Source: Chthonomonadales bacterium (GTDB lineage: Bacteria; Armatimonadota; Chthonomonadetes; Chthonomonadales; CAJBBX01). Taken from it: 56,914 nt of DNA. The DNA is taken from positions 1,937 to 58,850 of the forward strand of contig JBBIPC010000003.1 of the NCBI GenBank assembly GCA_037443035.1. The letters run 5' to 3'. Under the pieces are notes generated by a model. The model was given only the letters and a program-made list of their open reading frames with translations, was not told where the DNA came from and searched no databases. This document shows, piece after piece, positions 20,442-29,274 of the stretch (the stretch's first letter is position 1; the number at the start of each line of letters is the position of its first letter). Made by a program: the position numbers and the translations under genes.

Positions 20442-20536
20442 GCCGGTGTCCTATGGAAGCTCGCGGCGAGACTGCGCCACCAAGTCTCGGCAGTAACCCG
20501 CCGCGATGAATCTGTCCGTCAGCACGAGAACCGATA

Positions 20537-21700
20537 TCAGAGCAACTGGAGAGGCATGAGGATGCAGAGGAACTCGCCGCTGGCGCCTGCCTCCGCTGGA
20601 TCCTCCGGCTTCGGCCGCACCACGACGGCCTTGGTAGCATCCGTGAACTCGAAGGAGACACCATCGCTATCCACCACGGACAGGATGTCCACGAGGTGCT
20701 TGGCCCGGAACGAAAGGCGGATATCGTCGCCGTCCTTGATCGCCTCGATCTCCTCCAGCGCTTTCCCGTCGGTCACGGACTCCGCTGTGAGGACGACCTT
20801 GTCCTCGACCGCCGCATAGTCGAGGCGGTCGGAGGCGTGACGGGCCACGATGTAAGCGCGCCGCACGGCCTGATGCAGCGGCGTAGTCGGTAGCGTGACT
20901 CGGGTCCGGCATGTCGTGGGTATCACACGGCGGTACTGGGGGTACTGCCCTTCGATGAGCCGGGTCGTTACGGTGACTCCGCGCGGGGTCCTGAACTGCG
21001 CCAGTGTGGCTGACAGACGTACCTCCACAAGGCCGTCCCCCTCTGTCAGCGCTTTCTGCAGGTCGGCGAGCGCGCGAGAGGGCACGACCGCCTGAGCCTT
21101 GCCGGAGGCATCGGTCACCGGTACGGAGCGCAGCGCCATCTGCATGGTGTCCGTCGCTACGAACGTGGCTTGCGACGTCTCGAAGTCAATCAGGACCCCT
21201 GTCAGTATCGGTCGGGCCTTGATATCTGCGGAAGCTGCGAATATCGTCTGTCGGATGGCATCCCTGAGCAGCTTCTCCGACACGCTGAACACGTTGGCGT
21301 CATCCACTTGTGGCAATGCCGGATACTCTTCGGGAGGCAAGCCCACGATGCGATAGTCCGAGCCAGGCACGTACAGTTGCACGGCGTTGCTTCGGTCCCC
21401 CGATAGCGTGATCTCCCCATCAGGAAACGAGCTGACCAGCTCGGCGAGAAGCTTTGCCGGTGCGGTAAGCGCGCCGGCCCGGCGCACATCGGCAGGGATG
21501 ACCATGGATATGCCCAGCTCCAGATCACTGGCACTGAGCAGCAGGCCATTCTCATGCGATTGCACGAGCAGGTGTGTCAGAATGGGAAGCGGATTGCGCT
21601 CCGATACGGCCTGCCCCACGAGCTGTATCCCCTCGCTGAGGTCTTTCCTGGTGCAGACTGCTTCGAGCGTTGTGGCCTGTGCAGTTGGGCTAGCGGACAT
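20537..21700 (-). CDS. dnaN: DNA polymerase III beta sliding clamp (divergent)
   Basis: Start ATG 21700 (GGGAGG RBS). PILTHL, SDLELGI, EEYPALP, RPILTGV, VATD, LIEGQYPQYRRVIP and C-terminal ILMP. Confidence 0.93.
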   Translation of the reverse strand: MSASPTAQATTLEAVCTRKDLSEGIQLVGQAVSERNPLPILTHLLVQSHENGLLLSASDLELGISMVIPADVRRAGALTAPAKLLAELVSSFPDGEITLSGDRSNAVQLYVPGSDYRIVGLPPEEYPALPQVDDANVFSVSEKLLRDAIRQTIFAASADIKARPILTGVLIDFETSQATFVATDTMQMALRSVPVTDASGKAQAVVPSRALADLQKALTEGDGLVEVRLSATLAQFRTPRGVTVTTRLIEGQYPQYRRVIPTTCRTRVTLPTTPLHQAVRRAYIVARHASDRLDYAAVEDKVVLTAESVTDGKALEEIEAIKDGDDIRLSFRAKHLVDILSVVDSDGVSFEFTDATKAVVVRPKPEDPAEAGASGEFLCILMPLQLL

Positions 21701-21727
21701 CGGGTCCTCCCTCAATCTCCATTGGAA

Positions 21728-21745
21728 CTGCAGCACGTGCTGCAG
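21728..21745. promoter_or_regulatory. Perfect 18-bp palindrome in the dnaN leader
   Basis: CTGCAGCACGTGCTGCAG is its own reverse complement and lies about 28 nt upstream of the start codon. Confidence 0.5.
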
Positions 21746-21887
21746 ATCCCCATGTTTCCGGTTGATTATCAGCAGGAGTTCGACAGAGCAGTGCGCTTTC
21801 CTGCTGGAAGGGGTATCGGTATACCACTATCATAGCGCATCTGCGCCGTTGTGGGAAACGTAGTAGGCTGAGAATCTGCGTGTAACG

Positions 21888-24800
21888 CTACTCCAGCTTC
21901 GGCCCTCTGACTCGCATGCCCAGGCGTTGCCGAGCCTGGTCCTCGGGATCGAACGTACCGTAGAAGAGCGCACTGACGTCCATCCACGTGGCCAGCCGGA
22001 CGATTTCCTCCGATGAGAGCCGAACCCCCTGATGCCCTTCTAAGAGCATCTTCATGAGACCGCTGGCCCGCGCCCCGTAGCGGTCCGGCCTGCTCAAGGC
22101 CTCGCCGTTGCCCATGTCGCTGAACGGCACCCTCGGCGCCAGGGCGTTGTAGGAGCGCGTGTAGTGCCCTTCCGGATCGCCGGTGAGCACCACTCCGCCT
22201 GCGGCTTTCGAGCCGTTGTGGCAGGAGACGCATCGCTTGTCCAAGACGGTCTGGACAAGTATCGGATAACTCAGGGGCTTCGATCCGTCCAGGCCCGGTG
22301 CGATGCGAGAGGGCGGGCGACGCTGGGCCAGCGAGATACCGCGAGGCGGTGCCGTTGTACGCGGCTCATGGCAGCCTACGCAGGTAGTCTTCTCACCAGG
22401 CTGGACGTATGTACCACTCCGCATGACTTGCACTGCCATACCACGTTCGTCGAGCGCCTGGAACGCGAGCTCCTTCCTCGCCGGGACGAGGAAATGGGCC
22501 GAGCCGTCCGCCTCTACCGGCACCGTGCCCAGGACCTGTTTTCCAGGAGCACCAGAGGGAATCCCAATGGGCGGCATGTCCTTGCCAGGCGTGGACTTCG
22601 GGACAACCTGGACTATCCGGAGCGCCTTGATGCTGCCTCTGGGGACTTCGGGCAAACTCCTGTAAACGTCCTGCAGGACGAAGATCCCCTGGTCTCCCAG
22701 ACGCGCGTCCAGCGAAGGCGGCACTACGGGTGGCTTAGAACGAGGTCTGAGAAGCACTGGCCATAGAGAGGAGATGGATGGATCTCGGTAGAGGAGCTCC
22801 TTGTTGCCGTCGGCGTCGCAGAGATAGAGGCCGTACATGTTGGCAGCGTTTCCACGTGGTTCGCCGACCAACTGCCGGAAGCTGTAAGCCGCCAGGAACA
22901 TGCGCTCGGAAAGTGGGTAAGGGCTCCGATACGTATGCCCGGGCCAGCGCCGGTTCTGTTCGGTCTCCAGAGGTTGCGTGCCAGGCATGGGCGCATACCA
23001 GTTTGGCGAAACTGGCGTCTCGCTCTCCGGGAAGGGAACGTCCGGCGTCAGACGGGTGATAGGTCCGAGGCCGTCCACGCCACGAGCAGGGTCCACGAGA
23101 ATGATGGAACCCGCTGTCATAGCGTGGTGCGCTGCGGCAGTTGCCATGAGTTTCCGAGACCGCGGGACAGGACGTGCCTCCCAGATACCAACCGGATTGA
23201 AGGTGTTGTTCCCAAAGAGTGCCGCGGGACGAACGCCATCCGGCGTTGTGGTCCAGAGATGCTCGTAGAAGACCGGATGCCGATCCACGTAATCCCATCT
23301 TGTATACACGAGACGGCCGTCTGGCAGCACCGCCGGGTCCCATTCCTGCGTCTCGTGGAACGAGATGGGCCGAATGGCGGTTCCGTCGGTGTTGGCCACC
23401 GTCAAGACATAGTTCTCGCATCCCGGCGTGCCGCACCGATGCCATCCGCCTCGTCTCGTCGAGATGAACACAATCCTGCCGCTCGGAAGATACCGCGGCG
23501 CGAAGTCGTCGTAAGGGCCGCTGGTGATCTGGCGAAGGCCGGAACCATCCGCCCGCACACTATAGAGGTGGTAGTAGCGTCCTCTATGCCCTTGAATCGT
23601 ATCGGATGGCGTCGTGGGAGCCTCGCAGTAGGCGAACATCACCCGGTCTGCGTCCCAAGACACTTCGGGGAGCATGAAGCTGCCCAGAGGCAACCGTCCA
23701 TCGGTCAGGGAGTGGACCTTCATACTCTCCCCGGGATGCTCCAGCACGAAGATGCCGCCACCCGGTCGAGCATACCGACCGTAATACTGCGTGAGCTGGT
23801 GACTGAAGCAGCCCGGAACTTGCTTGGCGAAGACGATGGGACCGAGCTCGGGTCCGGCCATCTCCAGCAGCATCGCCCGCTTCAGCCCGTGCAGGCGCAA
23901 GTACCAGGAGCGCATGGCAGATGGAGACAGCGCCTGTAGACGGGCCGCGACCTTCCGCTCCTCCTCCTGCCACCGCTGACGACTACGGGATGTACCAGGA
24001 AGACGACCCGCAAGACGGTCTCCCTGTGCGAGCAGGTCACGAACTACTGCCGGTAGGGGACGTGCAAGTCGTGGGGTACCCACACCGTCCTGCGCTTGCC
24101 AGTCCCACTCGATGAGAGACCGCACAATGGCCGGCCGGAGGACCGGTGTCGTCGGCGGCGGTCCAGCGCCATAGTCCGTGGCGTCGAAGCGAATGGGTAC
24201 GGGATACATTCGTTCGTTCGTCTCGACACGTATCCCGCGTACTCGGACGGTCGCTGTATCTCGCGCCTCGATACGAAGAGCTGCCGTACCGGAGCTGCCA
24301 GGCGCGATGGGGAGAGACAGCTCCGTCAGCCCGCCCCGCGCACGTGCTTGGCATGCCGCAGCGCGCGTGCCGTACTCCAGTGTCAAGCACGCTGGCTTCC
24401 CACCGACTTGCGTCGCTTCTGCCTTGAGGACAGCTGGCTCGTCTTGCACGCCAACGGCAAACCGGAGCTTCAGAGACTCCCCACGATTCAGCGCGATCAC
24501 AAGCGGTTCTTCGCCCGGCTGGATGGTGACCTGCGGTCCATTCGGGACGAACGCCAACGACTGTCCTGCAGATTCCTCCGTCACTGTGGCCTTCTTGCCA
24601 TTGAGGAGCAGCCCTGGAGATCCGACACTTACGGGGCGTTCCGCGAGGATTTCCACTTCAGCGAAGCCACAGGTCTGGAACGGAATGTAGGAAGTCAGAA
24701 CTACGACCCGCAGCCACTTGGCTTCGGCTTGGAGACCCACTTCATGCTTCGAGCCACTGACATCCTCCATCCTGCCCGTGGCGATACGCCGCCACGTCTG

Positions 24801-25154
24801 GCCATCGTCGGAGACCTCGATGGCGTAGTCCTTCGTGTGGTACATGCTGCCAGACCAGACGGCCTGGTAGAGAACGGCTCGCCGCAGCCGCTCTCGGGAG
24901 GCGAACTCGAACGTCAACGCACACGGAAGCCTGGTCCAGTCTTGGGAGAACCAGCACGCGTAACCCGTATCCCACCGGCCGTCAGCGACGTTCTCGGCCC
25001 GAACCTGTTCGCTGTACTGCGTGTCTGCCACGATCCGCGTGCCTTGCGAGGGCAAAGCCACGTTCACCAGCGGTTCCGTCGCCTGCTCCATGAGAGCTAC
25101 AGCCAAGAGGGCTGGCAGTGCCAACGCCCCTAGTATTCTCGTCAATGCATGCAT
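21888..25154 (-). CDS. Secreted discoidin (F5/8 C) + TolB-like propeller + HzsA-middle-domain protein with two c-type heme motifs
   Basis: Start ATG 25154 with signal peptide. YAIEVSDDGQTW (discoidin); DGRLVYTRWDYVDR; LGTVPVEADGSAHFLVPA..FQALDERGMAVQVMRS; CVGCHE and CVSCH. Confidence 0.85.
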   Translation of the reverse strand: MHALTRILGALALPALLAVALMEQATEPLVNVALPSQGTRIVADTQYSEQVRAENVADGRWDTGYACWFSQDWTRLPCALTFEFASRERLRRAVLYQAVWSGSMYHTKDYAIEVSDDGQTWRRIATGRMEDVSGSKHEVGLQAEAKWLRVVVLTSYIPFQTCGFAEVEILAERPVSVGSPGLLLNGKKATVTEESAGQSLAFVPNGPQVTIQPGEEPLVIALNRGESLKLRFAVGVQDEPAVLKAEATQVGGKPACLTLEYGTRAAACQARARGGLTELSLPIAPGSSGTAALRIEARDTATVRVRGIRVETNERMYPVPIRFDATDYGAGPPPTTPVLRPAIVRSLIEWDWQAQDGVGTPRLARPLPAVVRDLLAQGDRLAGRLPGTSRSRQRWQEEERKVAARLQALSPSAMRSWYLRLHGLKRAMLLEMAGPELGPIVFAKQVPGCFSHQLTQYYGRYARPGGGIFVLEHPGESMKVHSLTDGRLPLGSFMLPEVSWDADRVMFAYCEAPTTPSDTIQGHRGRYYHLYSVRADGSGLRQITSGPYDDFAPRYLPSGRIVFISTRRGGWHRCGTPGCENYVLTVANTDGTAIRPISFHETQEWDPAVLPDGRLVYTRWDYVDRHPVFYEHLWTTTPDGVRPAALFGNNTFNPVGIWEARPVPRSRKLMATAAAHHAMTAGSIILVDPARGVDGLGPITRLTPDVPFPESETPVSPNWYAPMPGTQPLETEQNRRWPGHTYRSPYPLSERMFLAAYSFRQLVGEPRGNAANMYGLYLCDADGNKELLYRDPSISSLWPVLLRPRSKPPVVPPSLDARLGDQGIFVLQDVYRSLPEVPRGSIKALRIVQVVPKSTPGKDMPPIGIPSGAPGKQVLGTVPVEADGSAHFLVPARKELAFQALDERGMAVQVMRSGTYVQPGEKTTCVGCHEPRTTAPPRGISLAQRRPPSRIAPGLDGSKPLSYPILVQTVLDKRCVSCHNGSKAAGGVVLTGDPEGHYTRSYNALAPRVPFSDMGNGEALSRPDRYGARASGLMKMLLEGHQGVRLSSEEIVRLATWMDVSALFYGTFDPEDQARQRLGMRVRGPKLE

Positions 25155-25278
25155 GTTGTGTGTTTCTTCTCGGCAATGAGGGATTCCTTCTCGGGAGCCA
25201 TGGCTTGCAGATGGCTGCGCCGTGACCGTGCAGCGCGTTGGGGTACCGTAGGAAACACCACGGTAGGAGGAGGTTCCC

Positions 25279-26838
25279 ATGTTCCTTGGTGCGACGACTC
25301 AACCAGCATTGCACCCGGACCTAATCTACTGGAAGCCAGCTCAGCAGGTGGTCCGACGCACAGTGAGTGCTGATGCCTGCGTCTACGGTGGCACCGCAAG
25401 CGGAGTGGTAGCCTCGGTGCAGCTCGCCCGCAACGGTAGAAAGGTGGTGCTGGTCAATCCAGCGACGCATATCGGTGGCATGACGACCGGCGGCCTGAGC
25501 TGGACGGACTTCGGCAACAAAGCAGCAATCGGAGGACTGGCTCGGGAGTTCTACCGGCGATGCGGGACCAAGTATGGGGTCGAGGAGGAGTGGCTCTTCG
25601 AGCCTCATGTCGCCGAGCAGGTTCTCCACGAGATGCTCGCCGAGGCTGGTGTCGAGGTCTACAACAGCGAATACCTCCGCTCGGTGGTCATGCGTAGAGG
25701 GCGGATTGCGAGCCTGACGACGGAAACCGGTCTGACAGTGCGGGCTGGCGTATACATAGACGTGACCTACGAAGGCGACCTCATGGCCAGGGCGAAGGTC
25801 TCCTATACGGTGGGTCGGGAAAGCAATCGCAAGTACGGGGAAACGCTGAACGGAGTGCAGTATCTGCACAAGCATCAATTCGACCTCCCCGTAAGCCCCT
25901 ACGTAGTCGAAGGCGATCCGTCGAGCGGTCTATTGCCGTGGATCGAACCCAAGGCGTCCGAGCGGCCAGGGACCGGCGATCGGCGCATCCAGGCCTATAA
26001 CTTCCGGCTGATCCTGACGCAGAACCCAGAAAACCGTTTGGCGTTCCCCAAACCGAATGGCTATGACCCGCAGGAGTACGTGTTGACTGCGCGCTACCTG
26101 GCCGCTGGCTGGACGGGCGCGTTCGGCAAGTTCGATCCCATCCGGGGAGGAAAGGTGGATAAGAACAACCACGGCGCTACTTCCACGGATTACATCGGAG
26201 CCAACTATCGCTGGCCCACCGGTTCGTACGCCGAGCGGGAACGTATCTTTCAGGCGCACGTACGTTACGTGGCCGGATGGTTCTGGTTCTTGGCGAATGA
26301 CCCGTCCGTTCCCGAGGACGTGCGTAACCGGATGACTTCCTGGGGGCTCTGTAAGGATGAATTCGTCGACACCGGCGGTTGGCCTTACCAGCTCTATGTG
26401 CGCGAGGCTCGCCGCATGGTGTCGGATTACGTCATCACGGAGCACAACTGCCGGGGAAACGTGACAGTCGAGGATTCAGTCGGCCTAGGTAGCTACGGCA
26501 TGGATTCCCACAATTGCCGACGTTACGTAAGGGATGGGCGCGTCATGAACGAGGGTGACGTGCAGGTCGGGGGCTTCCCGCCCTACCCGATCCCCTATCG
26601 CTCCATCGTGCCCCGCAAGGGCCAGTGCGCTAACTTGCTCGTCCCTGTATGTATCTCCGCGTCGCACATTGCGTACGGCTCGGCACGCATGGAGCCCGTG
26701 TTCATGGTGCTGGGCCAGAGCGCCGCAGTGGCGGCGGATCTCAGCCTGACCCTCGGCGTTCCCGTGCAGGACGTGCCCTACGCAATGCTCCGAACTCGTC
26801 TCGAGGAAGCTGGACAGATACTCGAATGGCGCAGGTAA
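25279..26838 (+). CDS. FAD-dependent oxidoreductase (FAD_oxidored / xanthan-lyase-associated family)
   Basis: GGAGG RBS; YGGTASG, GGMTTGGL, IDVTYEGDL, QAYNFRL, LYVREARR, YGMDSH and SHIAYGSARMEPV motifs. Confidence 0.9.
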   Translation: MFLGATTQPALHPDLIYWKPAQQVVRRTVSADACVYGGTASGVVASVQLARNGRKVVLVNPATHIGGMTTGGLSWTDFGNKAAIGGLAREFYRRCGTKYGVEEEWLFEPHVAEQVLHEMLAEAGVEVYNSEYLRSVVMRRGRIASLTTETGLTVRAGVYIDVTYEGDLMARAKVSYTVGRESNRKYGETLNGVQYLHKHQFDLPVSPYVVEGDPSSGLLPWIEPKASERPGTGDRRIQAYNFRLILTQNPENRLAFPKPNGYDPQEYVLTARYLAAGWTGAFGKFDPIRGGKVDKNNHGATSTDYIGANYRWPTGSYAERERIFQAHVRYVAGWFWFLANDPSVPEDVRNRMTSWGLCKDEFVDTGGWPYQLYVREARRMVSDYVITEHNCRGNVTVEDSVGLGSYGMDSHNCRRYVRDGRVMNEGDVQVGGFPPYPIPYRSIVPRKGQCANLLVPVCISASHIAYGSARMEPVFMVLGQSAAVAADLSLTLGVPVQDVPYAMLRTRLEEAGQILEWRR

Positions 26839-26890
26839 AGCGCGTCACAAGCAGGTACAATGTTTCGGGAGGCGTTGCAATCACGGCTCT

Positions 26891-29167
26891 ATGCCACTGC
26901 TACGAGAATTACCGGCGCCTGTAGCTGAGGCGCTCGAGGCGACCACCGGCGCCCTGCCGGGAGAAACGACCCCGACAGCCGCGGACAGCTTCACGGTGCC
27001 GGCCTCTGACCAGCCCGTCACCATCGTCTTCGAGACGGATATCTCCGATGGCGTTTTCGGGAAAGAGTGGCTGGTCGTACGGGACGATCGCGTCTACGTC
27101 CTCGGCCCCAACGGGGCAGGGCCCGCGGTGCTCAGACAGTCCATCCCCATGTCGAGCATCAAGTCTGCCCGGGCGGAGATGTACGTCGGCAACGGCACCA
27201 TCGAGGCCTTCACGGACCAGGGCATGGTGCCGCTCGTCCGGTTCAGCTATGCTGCAGCCGCAGAAGCAAGTGCCGTTGCACGGCAGATCAACGGTCTCGC
27301 CACTGGCGAGCGCTTGACGCTGGACAAGATCGAGCCGAAGAAGCGCTTATGTCCCAAGTGCGGACGAGCCCTGCCGGAAGACTCGGACGTCTGCCGCGCA
27401 TGTGTGGACGCCCGGGCCGTCATGATTCGCCTGTTCCGCTACCTGAAGCCGTACAAACTCCAGGCGGTCCTCAGTGTCTGCATCATCATGGTCACGGCCG
27501 GTCTCGAGCTGATCCCACCGTGGATCGGCGGGCGCATCGTGGACGCCATTGTCCACGGTGTGCAGCGGGGCAACTTGGATATGGGGCCGGTCTGGTATTT
27601 CGTCGGTATCTTTGCCGCCAGCCGCGCGCTCATGTCGCTGACGATGTACTCCCAGCGTCGCCTCAGTGCGTGGCTAGGTGCGCGCGTCCTCATGGATATT
27701 CGGATCAGCATCTTCGACCGCCTGGCGGACCTCTCCCTGAGCTATTACGATAAGCGCAACACGGCGTCCGTCATGTCCCGCATTACCAACGATGCGGACC
27801 ACCTCTGGGACTTCCTCACCGACGGCATACCCTGGTTCATGACCACCCTTCTGGCGATCGTCGGCACGAGCTCCGTGTTGTTCTCCATGAATGCGCAGCT
27901 TGCCGCGATTCTCTTGGCTCCTGGCATCTTCGTGTTCTTCCTCAATCGCTGGTTCCGGCCGAAGGCCCGGCGCAGGTGGCAACAAGTGTGGCACCGCATC
28001 AGCAAGATGTACGCTGCCCTGGGGACGACTCTCTCGGGCATTCGGGTGGTCAAGGCCTTTGCCCAGGAAGACCGGGAGCGAGCGAGGTTTCGCGAGCGCA
28101 ATTTCAATGTCTTTCGGGCCAGCTACGAGGCGAACGCACTTTGGGCAACCTACTGGCCGCTCCTGGGGTTCATCATGGCTAGTGGCTATATCATCCTCTG
28201 GAGCCTCGGCGGCTACAAGGCGCTGCATGGAATCATCTCCATCGGCACCCTCACGGCGTTCAGCGGTTACTTGATGCGGTTCTACACGCCGTTTCAGGAG
28301 TTCAGCCGCGTCATGGACTGGTCCACTCGGTCGCTCACAGCCGCCGAGCGCGTGTTCGAAGTGCTGGATACAGAGCCGGAGATACGCCAGCCGGACCAAC
28401 CCAACGTTCCTGCGGAGTGGAAAGGCGCTGTGGAGTTCGAAAGGGTTGGATTCAGCTACGACGGTGCCAAGCGCGTCCTGGATGACTTCAGCCTCACTGT
28501 GGCGCCCGGAGAGATGATCGGCCTCGTGGGACACAGCGGAGCAGGCAAGACGACGATCATCAACCTGCTATGCCGCTTCTATGACGTGATTGACGGTGCC
28601 ATTCGCGTGGACGGCATCGACCTGCGCCAGATTGACATGAACGAGTACCGCCACCGGCTCGGCATCGTCCCCCAAGAGCCGTTCCTCTTCCCAGGCACGG
28701 TCAAGGAGAACATTGCCTACTCCCGTCCCCGTGCTGCTGCGGAGGACATACTGGAGGCCGCCAAGGCAGCCAACTGCCACGAGTTTATCCTGAAGTTTCC
28801 GGACGGCTACGACTCACAGGTCGGGGAACGAGGCCAGCGACTATCAGGCGGCGAGCGCCAGCGGATCTCCATTGCCAGGGCCATCCTACACGATCCGCTC
28901 ATCCTCATACTCGACGAAGCTACTGCTAGTGTGGACACAGAGACGGAGCAGCAGATCCAGCAGGCCATCCAGCGGCTTATCACGAACCGCACGACTTTCG
29001 CCATCGCGCACCGCCTGAGCACACTGCGCAATGCAGACCGCCTGGTCGTTCTCAAGGAAGGGCGCATGGTCGAGCTTGGCACCCATGACGAACTCATGGC
29101 GAAGGACGGTGTCTACGCCGGCCTCGTTCGGATCCAGCAAGAGGTCAACAAGATTCGCGCCGTCTAG
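26891..29167 (+). CDS. Type IV ABC exporter (TMD+NBD) with N-terminal extension and Zn-ribbon
   Basis: CPKC...CRAC; TM domain; GHSGAGKT, LSGGERQR, ILDEAT and IAHRLST. Confidence 0.92.
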   Translation: MPLLRELPAPVAEALEATTGALPGETTPTAADSFTVPASDQPVTIVFETDISDGVFGKEWLVVRDDRVYVLGPNGAGPAVLRQSIPMSSIKSARAEMYVGNGTIEAFTDQGMVPLVRFSYAAAAEASAVARQINGLATGERLTLDKIEPKKRLCPKCGRALPEDSDVCRACVDARAVMIRLFRYLKPYKLQAVLSVCIIMVTAGLELIPPWIGGRIVDAIVHGVQRGNLDMGPVWYFVGIFAASRALMSLTMYSQRRLSAWLGARVLMDIRISIFDRLADLSLSYYDKRNTASVMSRITNDADHLWDFLTDGIPWFMTTLLAIVGTSSVLFSMNAQLAAILLAPGIFVFFLNRWFRPKARRRWQQVWHRISKMYAALGTTLSGIRVVKAFAQEDRERARFRERNFNVFRASYEANALWATYWPLLGFIMASGYIILWSLGGYKALHGIISIGTLTAFSGYLMRFYTPFQEFSRVMDWSTRSLTAAERVFEVLDTEPEIRQPDQPNVPAEWKGAVEFERVGFSYDGAKRVLDDFSLTVAPGEMIGLVGHSGAGKTTIINLLCRFYDVIDGAIRVDGIDLRQIDMNEYRHRLGIVPQEPFLFPGTVKENIAYSRPRAAAEDILEAAKAANCHEFILKFPDGYDSQVGERGQRLSGGERQRISIARAILHDPLILILDEATASVDTETEQQIQQAIQRLITNRTTFAIAHRLSTLRNADRLVVLKEGRMVELGTHDELMAKDGVYAGLVRIQQEVNKIRAV

Positions 29168-29274
29168 AGCCCGGTTCATGGCTCGAGACCGAACAGGCAC
29201 GACCTGAGCTAGCTGCCAATCACACGCTGACAGGGAGTACAATAGCGGGTGGAACACTCCTTCAGGAGGCTTGT

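Noticed and set aside
20442..20536. ZTP or purine riboswitch before add
   Set aside because: Lacks the conserved GACUGGCG and 3' CGCCUGGGC elements and the purine-riboswitch junction.
21701..21887. Possible oriC next to dnaN
   Set aside because: Only one mismatched DnaA-box-like 9-mer (TGTGGGAAA), no box cluster, no AT-rich unwinding element and no dnaA.
21888..25154. Evidence for anammox metabolism
   Set aside because: No hzsB, hzsC or hao genes. The discoidin fusion and context fit the non-anammox HzsA-like group.
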